Positions 1-12,019 of a stretch of DNA of 64,000 bases are shown here, in pieces. The position numbers were made by a program, and so were the translations under genes. Below the pieces are notes generated by a model. The model did no database searches. It saw nothing but the letters and a program-made list of their open reading frames with translations, and was not told the DNA's origin. The stretch comes from Amphiscolops sp. MND2022 (taxonomy: Eukaryota): the NCBI GenBank assembly GCA_964187785.1, contig OZ076413.1:53754001-53818000 (forward strand), written 5' to 3'. The first letter of the stretch is position 1. The number at the start of each line of letters is the position of its first letter.

Positions 1-2806
1 TTTTCAATTGAAACATTCATCAGACGACTTGACCCATCATTACATTCCAATTTTTCATTTGATCAAAACACAAACACGACGTTTACAACTTTGCTTTCTT
101 GATTGCTGAAGACTCGCTCGAAACAGTTAGCACCCTTACTCAACTCGCTGATTTAACGTTTCCATGGTAACCGTGTACGGAACTTGTCATTAACAAGTGC
201 GTGGAGACCATGCTGCCAGATGGCCCTCTTCAGTGTGACGCAATGGAGGAAGTTTTTTGTGGTTCCGACACTGAAACGTTGTTGGAAAGAGCTGATATGT
301 TAACTTCGACCCCTGTGCTTGCCGGACAAGACAAAAGAGACAAAATGAACAGTAGATACTCCTAAAAGGCAAAAGACCCGAACAACCTGCTTAGATAGCA
401 TATGCTTTGTGGAACGGACTCTACGCAAACATGAGACAACACCTCCCTCATCAAAATTTGACAGAAAGCCAAATAAATACTCTCATAAACCTCTACTGGA
501 CCTCGGTCTGCAGTTCAACTGCGCACCAGTGGACTATATGTCTCATCAGAATCACAGGCAATGGCAAACACTTGAAAGTCTGCAGGAAACCAGCGATTGT
601 GATAATCAAAGCAACGTCCACTGATGAATTTCCCAGAAAGCCAGAAATTTGCCTCAATCTAGAATGCGAAATCAAGTACAGAAAGAACCACATCTTTACT
701 GGATGTAAAAAACATCAATCGAGAGGAAGATAGACCCCTGAGCTAACGCGGTTCACGCCAGTTGATTTGGGTCACATTCAAAAGCAGAAGCACACATACA
801 AAACCTATAAGAAAACTCATGTTGGAGATCCTCAGAAAGATTCTTTTCTTCAAGGCCTACAGGGGGAAAGAATTCAGACTCATTGCACCATTGGTCGAGT
901 GAACCAACAAAACTCTATCCAGAAAGAGGGCCAAAAAGCCGCGAAAGAAGTCAACGAAAGGAGTGTGAAAAAGTTAAGCAATGTCTCTAGTTTGTACCAG
1001 ATGGCCTATTTGCAAAACGATGTCCAAGAGATCCTGGACAAATCAGTACCAATGGTTTCCAATGCAACGAGTAACTATGCTTGGTGCTCTTCTCCATTCA
1101 TGCGGAATCAAATTGTCGGATTGGTGCTCTTCCGGATTTGGACTCACTCGATGCGCAAATGGAACATGACCAAATATAAAAAACTTTTGACAGGAAAATA
1201 GGGTCAAAATTTCCCAATTCCTCTAGATTTCGAAGTCAAACCAAGAGATATGTGCACCAATTGCCAAGTCTCGTGAATATTTCAACCAGGAGCTTTCTGA
1301 AGTTCCCCTCATCTACTAACAGAATGTTTTCATGTCATTCAACAAACCTCAAGGCGGCACTCGCGAAGTTCCTTTCAGTTACTGACAAGTCCAATAACTC
1401 CGACAAATTGCGAAAAGCGTAGGTTTCATACAAGGTGAAGGCCAATTTCTTTCCAGAGGAGCGTTTGGCGAGACTCTACCAGTTGATTACCGGCCACTGC
1501 GAAGCGACCCGTGAAAAGTCTTACGTTCAACCGGTCAGAGACGACGAAATTGCAAAGCTTTTGGACAGTCAACTCAATTGATAAATGACCCCCAGTCCTT
1601 CTATAAAACAAAAGACGATCAACTCAAAGCTGTTCCAGAGACGACCAATGACCCAAACATTCTTGAGGAAGAACAGAAGGAGGGCGAACACGGCCACAAT
1701 CCTCCATGAGAACATCAGGATTGAGGTATCAAAACACACATTGACGGAAGATTCCAACGAAACTGACGAAAATGGCAACTTATGTTCTAATTCATGCAAA
1801 CCTCGGACGGTAAGCGATTGGGCTCTTCTAAAACGGAGGCAGTAGAGAAGGAAAATCCGAAGAAGAAAAGGACCTGTCAGAAGATTTCAGAAGCAAACAT
1901 TGTGTGATGACAATGCCAAGCATTTCAGATGTGCAGACCCTCTGCAACGCGAATAACATCGCTTGACCCAAAAGGAACATTTCCCGAGAAGGGAGTTGAG
2001 ACTGGAGAGTGCAAACACTTCCCAGGACTGAGAAAGAAGTGCCATGTGAAACGGCCGTGCAGAAACATTCGAAAGTAATGAGAAATACAAAGCAATAGAC
2101 TTGATTGATTGGCACTTGTTTCATTTTTAAGTCGGCGCTTCATGAATTAGCTAAGGGTAGTAGAAAATATATAGCGCCAACTTATGACGTTTCCGGTTTG
2201 TTAGATTATTGTTTGAAGGAGTATATGAATCCTTGACTTTGAGTTCGTTTTATTTGCTGATTTGTTCAGATATCGCCTAATTTATGTAGAAATCCAAAAT
2301 TTACAACTTACAACAGAACGTCTGTATTGTCTTAATCCGTCTTAGAGTATAGTATATGGACTTGCTGATGAACTCAGCGGTTCTATTGTCACCCAAAACA
2401 ATGGGGATTTGAAGGTCCTTCCTAAAGCTGTAGGTGCCTCTTGCAGGTGATGCCAACTCTTCTTGATGCCATTCAACCAATCAGAAGATAAACAGAGTCG
2501 AAATACAACATAAAAATTGGTCATTGGGACTCCAATCCGGACATGTTTATTTCCTCCGCTTCCGTATAATCTCTGTTTAACCCACTTTCTGAGAAGTTTT
2601 TCACAAATCTGTTTCTGTAGTCCTAACGACTACGAATTTTTTATTCTTACTCAATAACATTGCTGCAATAGCTCCCGTAGCTGAAACTCGCTGAGGTTTG
2701 GTATAGGGAGTTTCAGAGACCAAAGTGTCAACATTCGTCAGCGCGTTTCCACGTTTCTTTCATTGCGTCTCTTATACCCAGTACTCTGCTGTCAAAGCGT
2801 ATCTTA

Positions 2807-2882
2807 CATCCTGTTCCTAATTACCATGTTCCAGAATATTACCCCATCCTGTTTCTAATTACCATGTTCCAGAATATTACCC
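2807..2882. repeat. 38-bp tandem duplication (2 copies)
   Basis: catcctgtt(c/t)ctaattaccatgttccagaatattaccc at 2807-2844 and 2845-2882, one mismatch. Confidence 0.9.
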
Positions 2883-4154
2883 GATTTGAAAGGTTGCACC
2901 CGAAAAATTCAGTTGACGAAAAACAGGTTTGACGTCATATGCATTGGTGGGTTTTTTGGACTTATCGGTTGACCACAGAAGAGAACCCAGTAGGTCTTAA
3001 CATGACCACAAATTAGATAAAAAGTCTCAAATGGCCAACTTTGAAAATTTCATCCATTTTTGTCAGTTTTCCGTTAGATGTTGTGAAATCGAACGGAAAA
3101 ACGTTCAACAACGAAAGACGCCGATGTCCAGTGGGCGTATTTGTCGAAATAACTGCTGTTTCCTGATCAAAAACTGTCAGACAATGCACTGAAAGAGATA
3201 AAAAACGCAAAACTTTCCGTTCGTGCCCTTTTTAATGCAACTTTTGTAAAAATTTCCGAAACATATAAAAGTTAGAACGTTTAAATTTTTGGTTTCGCTA
3301 TTCAGTAGGCTTTTTGATACGATGGATGGAGGTGTCCAAAACAACTATGCTTTAAATTGAACCCGCCAAAGTAGAAAAATCCTGTTTATGTCGTTTTTCA
3401 AGCATTTTGTGCAACTTTTTGAAACTTTTCAATGGGTTAGTGGGTTCAAAACGGTAGAAGTCAAAAAAAATTTACACAAAGCTTCTCAGTAGAGGAAGTT
3501 GCAGTGTTTCAGGTTAAAGAGCAATTCACAATGACAACGAACTGTGTCAAAAAAACTGTTAAAAACTTGTCAAAAAGGTCAAAAAATCCGTTTTTCAAAG
3601 TGTTCCAGCGAAAAATTAAAGATGTTCTGTTCTATGATTCTCTGCAACCTTTCCCAACTGCATTTCACAGCAATTACCGAGTCAACAATTGTTCGCCGTC
3701 TAGCCGAAACACCACTGCCAACCAATAGCCGCATCCATACTTCAACAACGTAAATCTGCTCGAACTGATTTCTCCGTGCTCATGGTCGCTTTGAGAATAC
3801 TCAACTGGACCATATTACGTGCAGTCATATTTTAGATGGCATAAAACCAATCATTCATCTTTCCATTTTCGCAAAGCATAGCTATGAACAAAACTTTTTT
3901 TAACACACCCCCATTTTGTCCTGCAATTTTATTGGTTAATTTCTGCTCGTTCCGCCATTCATCGCATAGCTACGACTGCCGCCATCAACACGCCGATGGC
4001 ACACAACCACAAAAATCTGTTCTCCCTGAACTTTTGTTCACCAATATATTCTTTCCGGTTTGGTACAGAGTTAGACGTTGTGTCCTTTTAGCAGCGAAAA
4101 CAGTCGATTAGTACCACAAACGTTACGTATTGAATTTGCCATGTAATAAAAAAC

Positions 4155-4925
4155 CGCACCGTCTACATCAAAATGTGCCCAGACGTCAACAATTTCCTTC
4201 AATATTGCTATACGCCGTTTTCCACCCGCTGTGGATTGCCTGTACTACTAGTAACAGACAATGCAACGAAAATTGTCGCCGCTGACGATTATTTACATCT
4301 CAACGTCAAGAGTTAACCACTTCAGGACGTCCTCAAAAAACGAAATCAATTGGAAATTTGTTACATCACACGCTTTTTACTTCGATGGAATACGGAAACG
4401 CCTCATGAGTTTCGGCAACGACGCACCTTACTTGGTGAACTGATCTCAGAAGCTACACGATGACAATGTCGCCACCACCCTCAATGAAACTGAGTTCTTC
4501 TTGAACAACCAATCAAAAACTAACATCTCCATCGACATCAATGATACAGATGCCCTCACGCCAAACCATTGTTTGCTCGGAGTAGCACACATCAATGTGC
4601 CACATCAACTATTCGACATCGAGAAGCCATTACCTTACAGTATGCTAAGCAGAGTCCAAACCATGTTTGGACCAACTTGATCAAGGAACACCTGTCAACA
4701 TTTTCACCTAGACAAATGTTGCTAAAGCGCACAGCACTTCTGCAAATAGGCCATAAAATTCGGATACTGAAAGATCTCACATCGAGATGTGTTTGACTAA
4801 TTGGAAGAATAACAGCTTCAGACGACAACAACAGAAAGCAGCCACAAAAGTAGTTTTTCAAGACAGGAACTGGAATTTTCAAAATTCCTGATATTCGCTT
4901 GGCAACAATAGAAGATGAAGAAAAC
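4155..4925 (+). pseudogene. Decayed BEL/Pao LTR-retrotransposon integrase and C-terminal (DUF5641-like) region
   Basis: Frame-hopping translation gives RCGLPVLLVTDNAT, INWKFVTSHAFYFDGIRKRL, TTLNETEFFLNNQ...DALTPNHCLLG and HVWTNLIKEHLSTF...LQIGHKIRIL...LIGRI. These match BEL integrase motifs RRG.P..I.SDNGT, W.F.P..AP..GG.WERL, LTP.HFL.G and FW..W..EYL. Many stops and frameshifts. Confidence 0.85.
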
Positions 4926-5536
4926 ATACACCACAGGTGAAATGTTGCTAGCTGTAATGTAAAAGTGATTGTCTATGATTCACCGACAGCTTTCGCTGCG
5001 AGTTTTGACAACAATGAACCATTGTTTGGTTTCTTGACAATCGCCGCCGAAAGTTGACTCTGACAAAAATTCTTGCAAAGACTCGAATGTATAGTTCATA
5101 AACATACATTATATTATTGGCAAATCGAATCATCTGATTAAGGAGAAAAGTTGAAAAATGCCCCATATTTCATGGGGTGCTCCTAATCGTTTAATAAATG
5201 AAAACGGAATGCCTTCGGAACCTGCTGTTTTAATCCCATCCAAATCTTCAGGAAAACTCCGGTTGGTCAGAATTGCAGGTCGGAGCATTCAACTTCCCTA
5301 AACCCCGTCATTAGACTCTTGTTCCTCTCTTCAGAGCGTTTGTCACGGGGAAATAATACTTGTTATTTTCCGCCCACATATAATGGGTTAGGAAAATCAT
5401 AATCTGTGTTGCGCTTGTTTTCCAAATTCTGCCAAATCTCCGTCGTAGAGATCGTGACGACCTCCAGCCACTCGAATATTTTACTAGTAACTAAAATAGT
5501 CAAGTAATAATTACTAGTAACTAAAACAGTCAAGTG

Positions 5537-5712
5537 CCGTATTTCTTCGAATAGAAGTCGCCGTCGAATATAGGCCGCCCCTGATTAGAAACCGCTTCAA
5601 GCATGAAAGTTTTATCCACAAAACCAAAGCTTACAGTATTTTTTCGAACATAGGCCGGGAAATCACTGCGGAAAAAACTTACAAGCCGCGGCCTGTATTC
5701 GAAGAAAAATGG
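5537..5712. mobile_element. Small MITE with imperfect TIRs, pogo/Tigger-like termini
   Basis: Left ccgtatttcttcgaatag versus right ctgtattcgaagaaaaatgg(ta) are imperfect inverted repeats. The 3' half is recopied at 8392-8472 by the tandem duplication. Confidence 0.55.
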
Positions 5713-8391
5713 TAACTAAAATAGCTATGGCTCAGTTAAAGCTGACAATATCCCGCTGCTCAGCCGGCGTCTTGTTCAGTTGTTCGTCGTGTTCAAATAA
5801 CAAATCAGTTTTTCAGGTTTCATCAATTTTCGTTCGTTCGTCATTTCGATGTCAATTCGCAAAAAATGGTTTCATTTTTCATTAGATGAGACCTGAAATA
5901 TTGGTTCTGAATATTGGTTCTAAATATTGGTTCTGATTCTCCTTACCGTTTTGAACTAGACATACACTACGTATTATCCAGAAGAGCTTTGAAAACTTCA
6001 CCATGGAAGTTTTGTGAATGTCTTAAAGAGGTGACCGGCCGTCAGCGTGAACGAAGAGTTTCGCCATCTGAGTATTCAGATTCGCTTGAGTATTTCGTAA
6101 TTGGTCTTTTTTCTCATTTTTCCATGTTAAGCTATTGCCGATGCAATGCCAATCGAATATTTAAGCGTTCAACAAGCTAAAACAAAAAACTGCTTGAATT
6201 GCGACATCGCAGTATTCAAGAAAATATAAATTCCCCATTACCGCACGCCGGACGCCAAATAAGTAGTTCTGCTTCTAAATGTCGGAGCCCCTATTCGGAT
6301 ACTGTCTCCCCCCATAGCAAGCTATGGTACCATATCTGCAGCCAAGTGGTCAAGCAATGGTCGGCGTGAAGTGTAGTTTCAATGTGACTCGCTCAAGGTC
6401 ACAAAGGTCTGACTGCTCGCTGTTGCTCTTTCTTCATTTTGCTTTTCTCCGTCGAATGCGTTATTTTTTGTCACTGACCACACCACTAAGCTGGGGATGA
6501 ACGACTTGCTCAAGGACAAATAATTGTGAGTGGAAACAGATTCGAAGCTGATCAGGCCAGTACATTCCCGATGCTCTAACCACCACACTAGGCTCCATTG
6601 AGCTGGCAACCTAGCCAACGCGCGTGGATATGCTTGTACCGATTTGGTATACATGTTTAGCACTGCGTTTACCTGCGAAAACATAATCTTCACATCTTTA
6701 ACAATCAGCTCTGATCGGATGAAAAAATTAACGATCATAATTGATTTTTTACTTGTCCCTCCTCTTTTTTTGATTAAGTCATTTAATTGCTCAATCAAAT
6801 TGTCAATTAGGACCTGTTGAGCCGTAATTTAGAGACCGGCCAGAAACAAAAATATGGCGTGCACACTGGTGAACTTCAAATCATATGACTGTGACAAAGT
6901 AGAAGATGGCTTTGTTAGTGTTAAACAATGATATATCTCATTTGATTCATAACTTTTCATAAGCAACTGCGTTTTAACCAATCCAGTGAGGTGAAGTCAA
7001 CTGTCAATTCAATCTCCATTCTGAATTGCTTAAATGTCTGTCTGACTATGTACAATTTTTTACGGTACAACGCCAGATTTCTCGCTCAAGTTTCAAGGAT
7101 CTCGGCATGACCACAAGTAAGTTTAACCTTTAGTCATGAATTAATTTAAATTCATTCAAAACGATTTTGAGGCGAAAATTATTGTCTGCATCGGCAGAAG
7201 AAATGTTTAGATTCAGAAAGTATGAAATGGGATATGAGATGCCTAATTCTTGAAAATTAGTATATATCGCTCATGTACATTTTTAACAAAGGATACTGAA
7301 AAAAAAATCAAAAAACAATTGCCATGTATCAATTTTTCAGTTTTTTGCTCCGAATAAATTTTCTTGAAAAATGAAATGAAACTCACTCATTAATCAGTTT
7401 TCGAACATTGAATAATTTTTTCGGCATGATCAGCTGCCTGCTACCATTTTGAAAAGGCTTGGATGAAAAGCAATTTTGACAGGTGTTAGTAATTAAACTG
7501 TTCACACTCATGCGTTTTGTCTAGCACTAAGGTTAACTTCCAATGTCAATCTGTTACACTTGGACTTCGAGAAAATTAAAGATTTTTGGGAGATTTTTCA
7601 GTCTAGGAACGTTTAATGTTGGATTCTTGCTTCTTAGAACCCAACTTGCTTCTTGCTTCTTGGATATTTGCGTCTCTTGTGTTTTCAGAACCAGAACTAT
7701 TCCATTCCGTAGAAAACAAATCTATAAACATACACATCTAAGCTCGATTTCAATTATATTTCAAGTTATTTTCGCAGCAAAAAAAATGTGGGTTTCGCAG
7801 AACTTGCCTCTGTTGTTGCCTGGGTAAAAAGTTTTTTTCGCAATCCTAATTTATAACTCAACTGAAAAAAGAATAATTGAGCGTATAATGATGGATCAAA
7901 CGGGTGTCATATATTTGATAACAACTCTAATGAAATTAATCTGTATCAACTTTGCCTTCTTTGAAGAACTCAATGTTCTTTCTGCGTGCTCGTCGATTTT
8001 TGGGATGTCAAACACTCATTGTGGAAAAACAATCTGGCCAACTTGGCCACTATTTATTGAAACCATATTGTGATAGATTCACATCTTAGTGTTAGACAAA
8101 ACGCATATGTGTGAACAGTTTAATTACTAACACCTGTCAAAATTGCTAGACATCGATAAAGGTCAGAAATTCATTTGCTGTTGCCTTTTATTTTGCTATC
8201 TAGTTGCTAATACATTCTTCATCATCAATTTCTGCTTTTCATTCTTAAAATTCTGCTTCAACATGTCGCGGTGAGCGAATACAGCGTCTCCCCAGAGAGA
8301 TAATTATCCGTCGTTATTGCCTGGGTTATCTTGATTCTGGTCAAACCACACGAAATCTCCAGCAATGGAATGGGAGAGATGGTTCGACCTC
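5635..8391. repeat. Tandem segmental duplication, unit 1 (2757 bp)
   Basis: Near-identical to 8392-11146. ORF pairs are offset by 2755-2757. About 7 substitutions and 2 one-base indels seen by eye. Confidence 0.95.
8069..8391 (+). mobile_element. Duplicated 5' LTR (8069-8263), PBS and truncated gag start of Gypsy element A
   Basis: The 195-bp TG...CA LTR is identical to 10824-11018 and is preceded by the same CATAT. It is cut at the duplication junction. Confidence 0.9.
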
Positions 8392-11146
8392 AGTATTTTT
8401 TCGAACATAGGCCGGGAAATCACTGCGGAAAAAACTTACAAGCCGCGGCCTGTATTCGAAGAAAAATGGTAACTAAAATAGCTATGGCTCAGTTAAAGCT
8501 GAAAATATCCCGCTGCTCAGTCGGCGTCTTGTTCAGTTGTTCGTCGTGTTCAAATAACAAATCAGTTTTTCAGGTTTCATCAATTTTCGTTCGTTCGTCA
8601 TTTCGATGTCAATTCGCAAAAAATGGTTTCATTTTTCATTAGATGAGACCTGAAATATTGGTTCTGAATATTGGTTCTAAATATTGGTTCTGATTCTCCT
8701 TACCGTTTTGAACTAGACATACACTACGTATTATCCAGAAGAGCTTTGAAAACTTCACCATGGAAGTTTTGTGAATGTCTTAAAGAGGTGACCGGCCGTC
8801 AGCGTGAACGAAGAGTTTCGCCATCTGAGTATTCAGATTCGCTTGAGTATTTCGTAATTGGTCTTTTTTCTCATTTTCCATGTTAAGCTATTGCCGATGC
8901 AATGCCAATCGAATATTTAAGCGTTCAACAAGCTAAAACAAAAAACTGCTTGAATTGCGACATCGCAGTATTCAAGAAAATATAAATTCCCCATTACCGC
9001 ACGCCGGACGCCAAATAAGTAGTTCTGCTTCTAAATGTCGGAGCCCCTATTCGGATACTGTCTCCCCCCATAGCAAGCTATGGTACCATATCTGCAGCCA
9101 AGTGGTCAAGCAATGGTCGGCGTGAAGTGTAGTTTCAATGTGACTCGCTCAAGGTCACAAAGGTCTGACTGCTCGCTGTTGCTCTTTCTTCATTTTGCTT
9201 TTCTCCGTCGAATGCGTTATTTTTTGTCACTGACCACACCACTAAGCTGGGGATGAACGACTTGCTCAAGGACAAATAATTGTGAGTGGAAACAGATTCG
9301 AAGCTGATCAGGCCAGTACATTCCCGATGCTCTAACCACCACACTAGGCTCCATTGAGCTGGCAACCTAGCCAACGCGCGTGGATATGCTTGTACCGATT
9401 TGGTATACATGTTTAGCACTGCGTTTACCTGCGAAAACATAATCTTCACATCTTTAACAATCAGCTCTGATCGGATGAAAAAATTAACGATCATAATTGA
9501 TTTTTTACTTGTCCCTCCTCTTTTTTTGATTAAGTCATTTAATTGCTCAATCAAATTGTCAATTAGGACCTGTTGAGCCGTAATTTAGAGACCGGCCAGA
9601 AACAAAAATATGGCGTGCACACTGGTGAACTTCAAATCATATGACTGTGACAAAGTAGAAGATGGCTTTGTTAGTGTTAAACAATGATATATCTCATTTG
9701 ATTCATAACTTTTCATAAGCAACTGCGTTTTAACCAATCCAGTGAGGTGAAGTCAACTGTCAATTCAATCTCCATTCTGAATTGCTTAAATGTCTGTCTG
9801 ACTATGTACAATTTTTTACGGTACAACGCCAGATTTCTCGCTCAAGTTTCAAGGATCTCGGCATGACCACAAGTAAGTTTAACCTTTGATCATGAATTAA
9901 TTTAAATTCATTCAAAACGATTTTGAGGCGAAAATTATTGTCTGCATCGGCAGAAGAAATGTTTAGATTCAGAAAGTATGAAATGGGATATGAGATGCCT
10001 AATTCTTGAAAATTAGTATATATCGCTCATGTACATTTTTAACAAAGGATACTGAAAAAAAATCAAAAAACAATTGCCATGTATCAATTTTTCAGTTTTT
10101 TGCTCCGAATAAATTTTCTTGAAAAATGAAATGAAACTCACTCATTAATCAGTTTTCGAACATTGAATAATTTTTTCGGCATGATCAGCTGCCTGCTACC
10201 ATTTTGAAAAGGCTTGGATGAAAAGCAATTTTGACAGGTGTTAGTAATTAAACTGTTCACACTCATGCGTTTTGTCTAGCACTAAGGTTAACTTCCAATG
10301 TCAATCTGTTACACTTGGACTTTGAGAAAATTAAAGATTTTTGGGAGATTTTTCAGTCTAGGAACGTTTAATGTTGGATTCTTGCTTCTTAGAACCCAAC
10401 TTGCTTCTTGCTTCTTGGATATTTGCGTCTCTTGTGTTTTCAGAACCAGAACTATTCCATTCCGTAGAAAACAAATCTATAAACATACACATCTAAGCTC
10501 GATTTCAATTATATTTCAAGTTATTTTCGCAGCAAAAAAAATGTGGGTTTCGCAGAACTTGCCTCTGTTGTTGCCTGGGTAAAAAGTTTTTTTCGCAATC
10601 CTAATTTATAACTCAACTGAAAAAAGAATAATTGAGCGTATAATGCTGGATCAAACAGGTGTCATATATTTGATAACAACTCTAATGAAATTAATCTGTA
10701 TCAACTTTGCCTTCTTTGAAGAACTCAATGTTCTTTCTGCGTGCTCGTCGATTTTTGGGATGTCAAACACTCATTGTGGAAAAACAATCTGGCCAACTTG
10801 GCCACTATTTATTGAAACCATATTGTGATAGATTCACATCTTAGTGTTAGACAAAACGCATATGTGTGAACAGTTTAATTACTAACACCTGTCAAAATTG
10901 CTAGACATCGATAAAGGTCAGAAATTCATTTGCTGTTGCCTTTTATTTTGCTATCTAGTTGCTAATACATTCTTCATCATCAATTTCTGCTTTTCATTCT
11001 TAAAATTCTGCTTCAACATGTCGCGGTGAGCGAATACAGCGTCTCCCCAGAGAGATAATTATCCGTCGTTATTGCCTGGGTTATCTTGATTCTGGTCAAA
11101 CCACACGAAATCTCCAGCAATGGAATGGGAGAGATGGTTCGACCTC
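8392..11146. repeat. Tandem segmental duplication, unit 2 (2755 bp)
   Basis: Junction ...ggttcgacctc|agtattttttcg at 8391/8392. The original continuation gacctc|ttgactg is at 11146/11147. Confidence 0.95.
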
Positions 11147-11900
11147 TTGACTGTGACTGTCTTGGCCAAGTATTCCAAATCGGTCGAGGAATGGACGAGA
11201 ACGGTGGATGCCGAACGCCCGAGGGTAAAGGCATTATTCAGGGATATGCCGGAAGAAGCGGCAGAGAAAAAACTGGTAACTTGGTTATTCTTCTCGGTGG
11301 AGAACCCGCGAGAAAAATGTTCAAGTAAAAATATCCAGAAGTTTCTGCTTGTACTCTTCGAGCAAATGAAATGATAGATAGATTCGTAAACTGCTTCCAT
11401 GTTGCCCGCAACAGAACGTTGGACAGGCATAAATTCTTATCAAGAAAACAACAACTGGGCGAATCCTTGCAGCAACTTTGGCATTCGCTAAATAATCTGG
11501 CGTCTAGATGTGAATTGGGGGAAATTACCTAAACATTAGTACACGACGTGTTTATCCTGAACATGAACAAAAAGAAAGTCCAGGAGAAACAGTGTGTTGA
11601 GACTTACGAAAATCCGCAAGACGCCCTTCAATATGCCATTTCCTATGAAGAAGGCGTCAAGAGACAGAAGTCAGTGGCCGAAAGCTTGAAAATGTCAGAA
11701 AAGAGCGAACCGGTGTACGCTTTGGATAGAGCAAAAAAATAGAATGCTTTCGTTGCGGCGCAGGGAATTTTACTAGTGAGCACATGAAGAGATGCACGGC
11801 CACCAATCAGAAATGTGAATATTGCGATTTCGTGGGCCATATGGAAAAATGCTGCAATCAAAAATATCCAGAGAGAAAAAAGCAAATGAAACAAAGGATG
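11120..11900 (+). pseudogene. gag: gag of element A (interrupted)
   Basis: MEWERWFDLL... N-terminus and the double Zn knuckle CFRCGAGNFTSEHMKRC...CEYCDFVGHMEKCC typical of the Mag clade; stops and frameshifts. Confidence 0.8.
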
Positions 11901-12019
11901 CAGAACAGGCCGAGAGGGCAACCAAGAATCAGCTACGTATAGGAAGACTCAGAAGAACTAGAAGACGATTCGAGAGTGTTGCAGGTATAAGGGGCTGTAT
12001 AAAACCCTTCATGATGGAA

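Noticed and set aside
1-2150. Cys/His-containing short ORFs that might be decayed retroelement gag/protease
   Set aside because: No motif could be matched convincingly in any frame; left unannotated
2342-2524. SPLFWVTIEPLS resembling a LINE RT motif
   Set aside because: An isolated match with no flanking RT motifs in consistent frames
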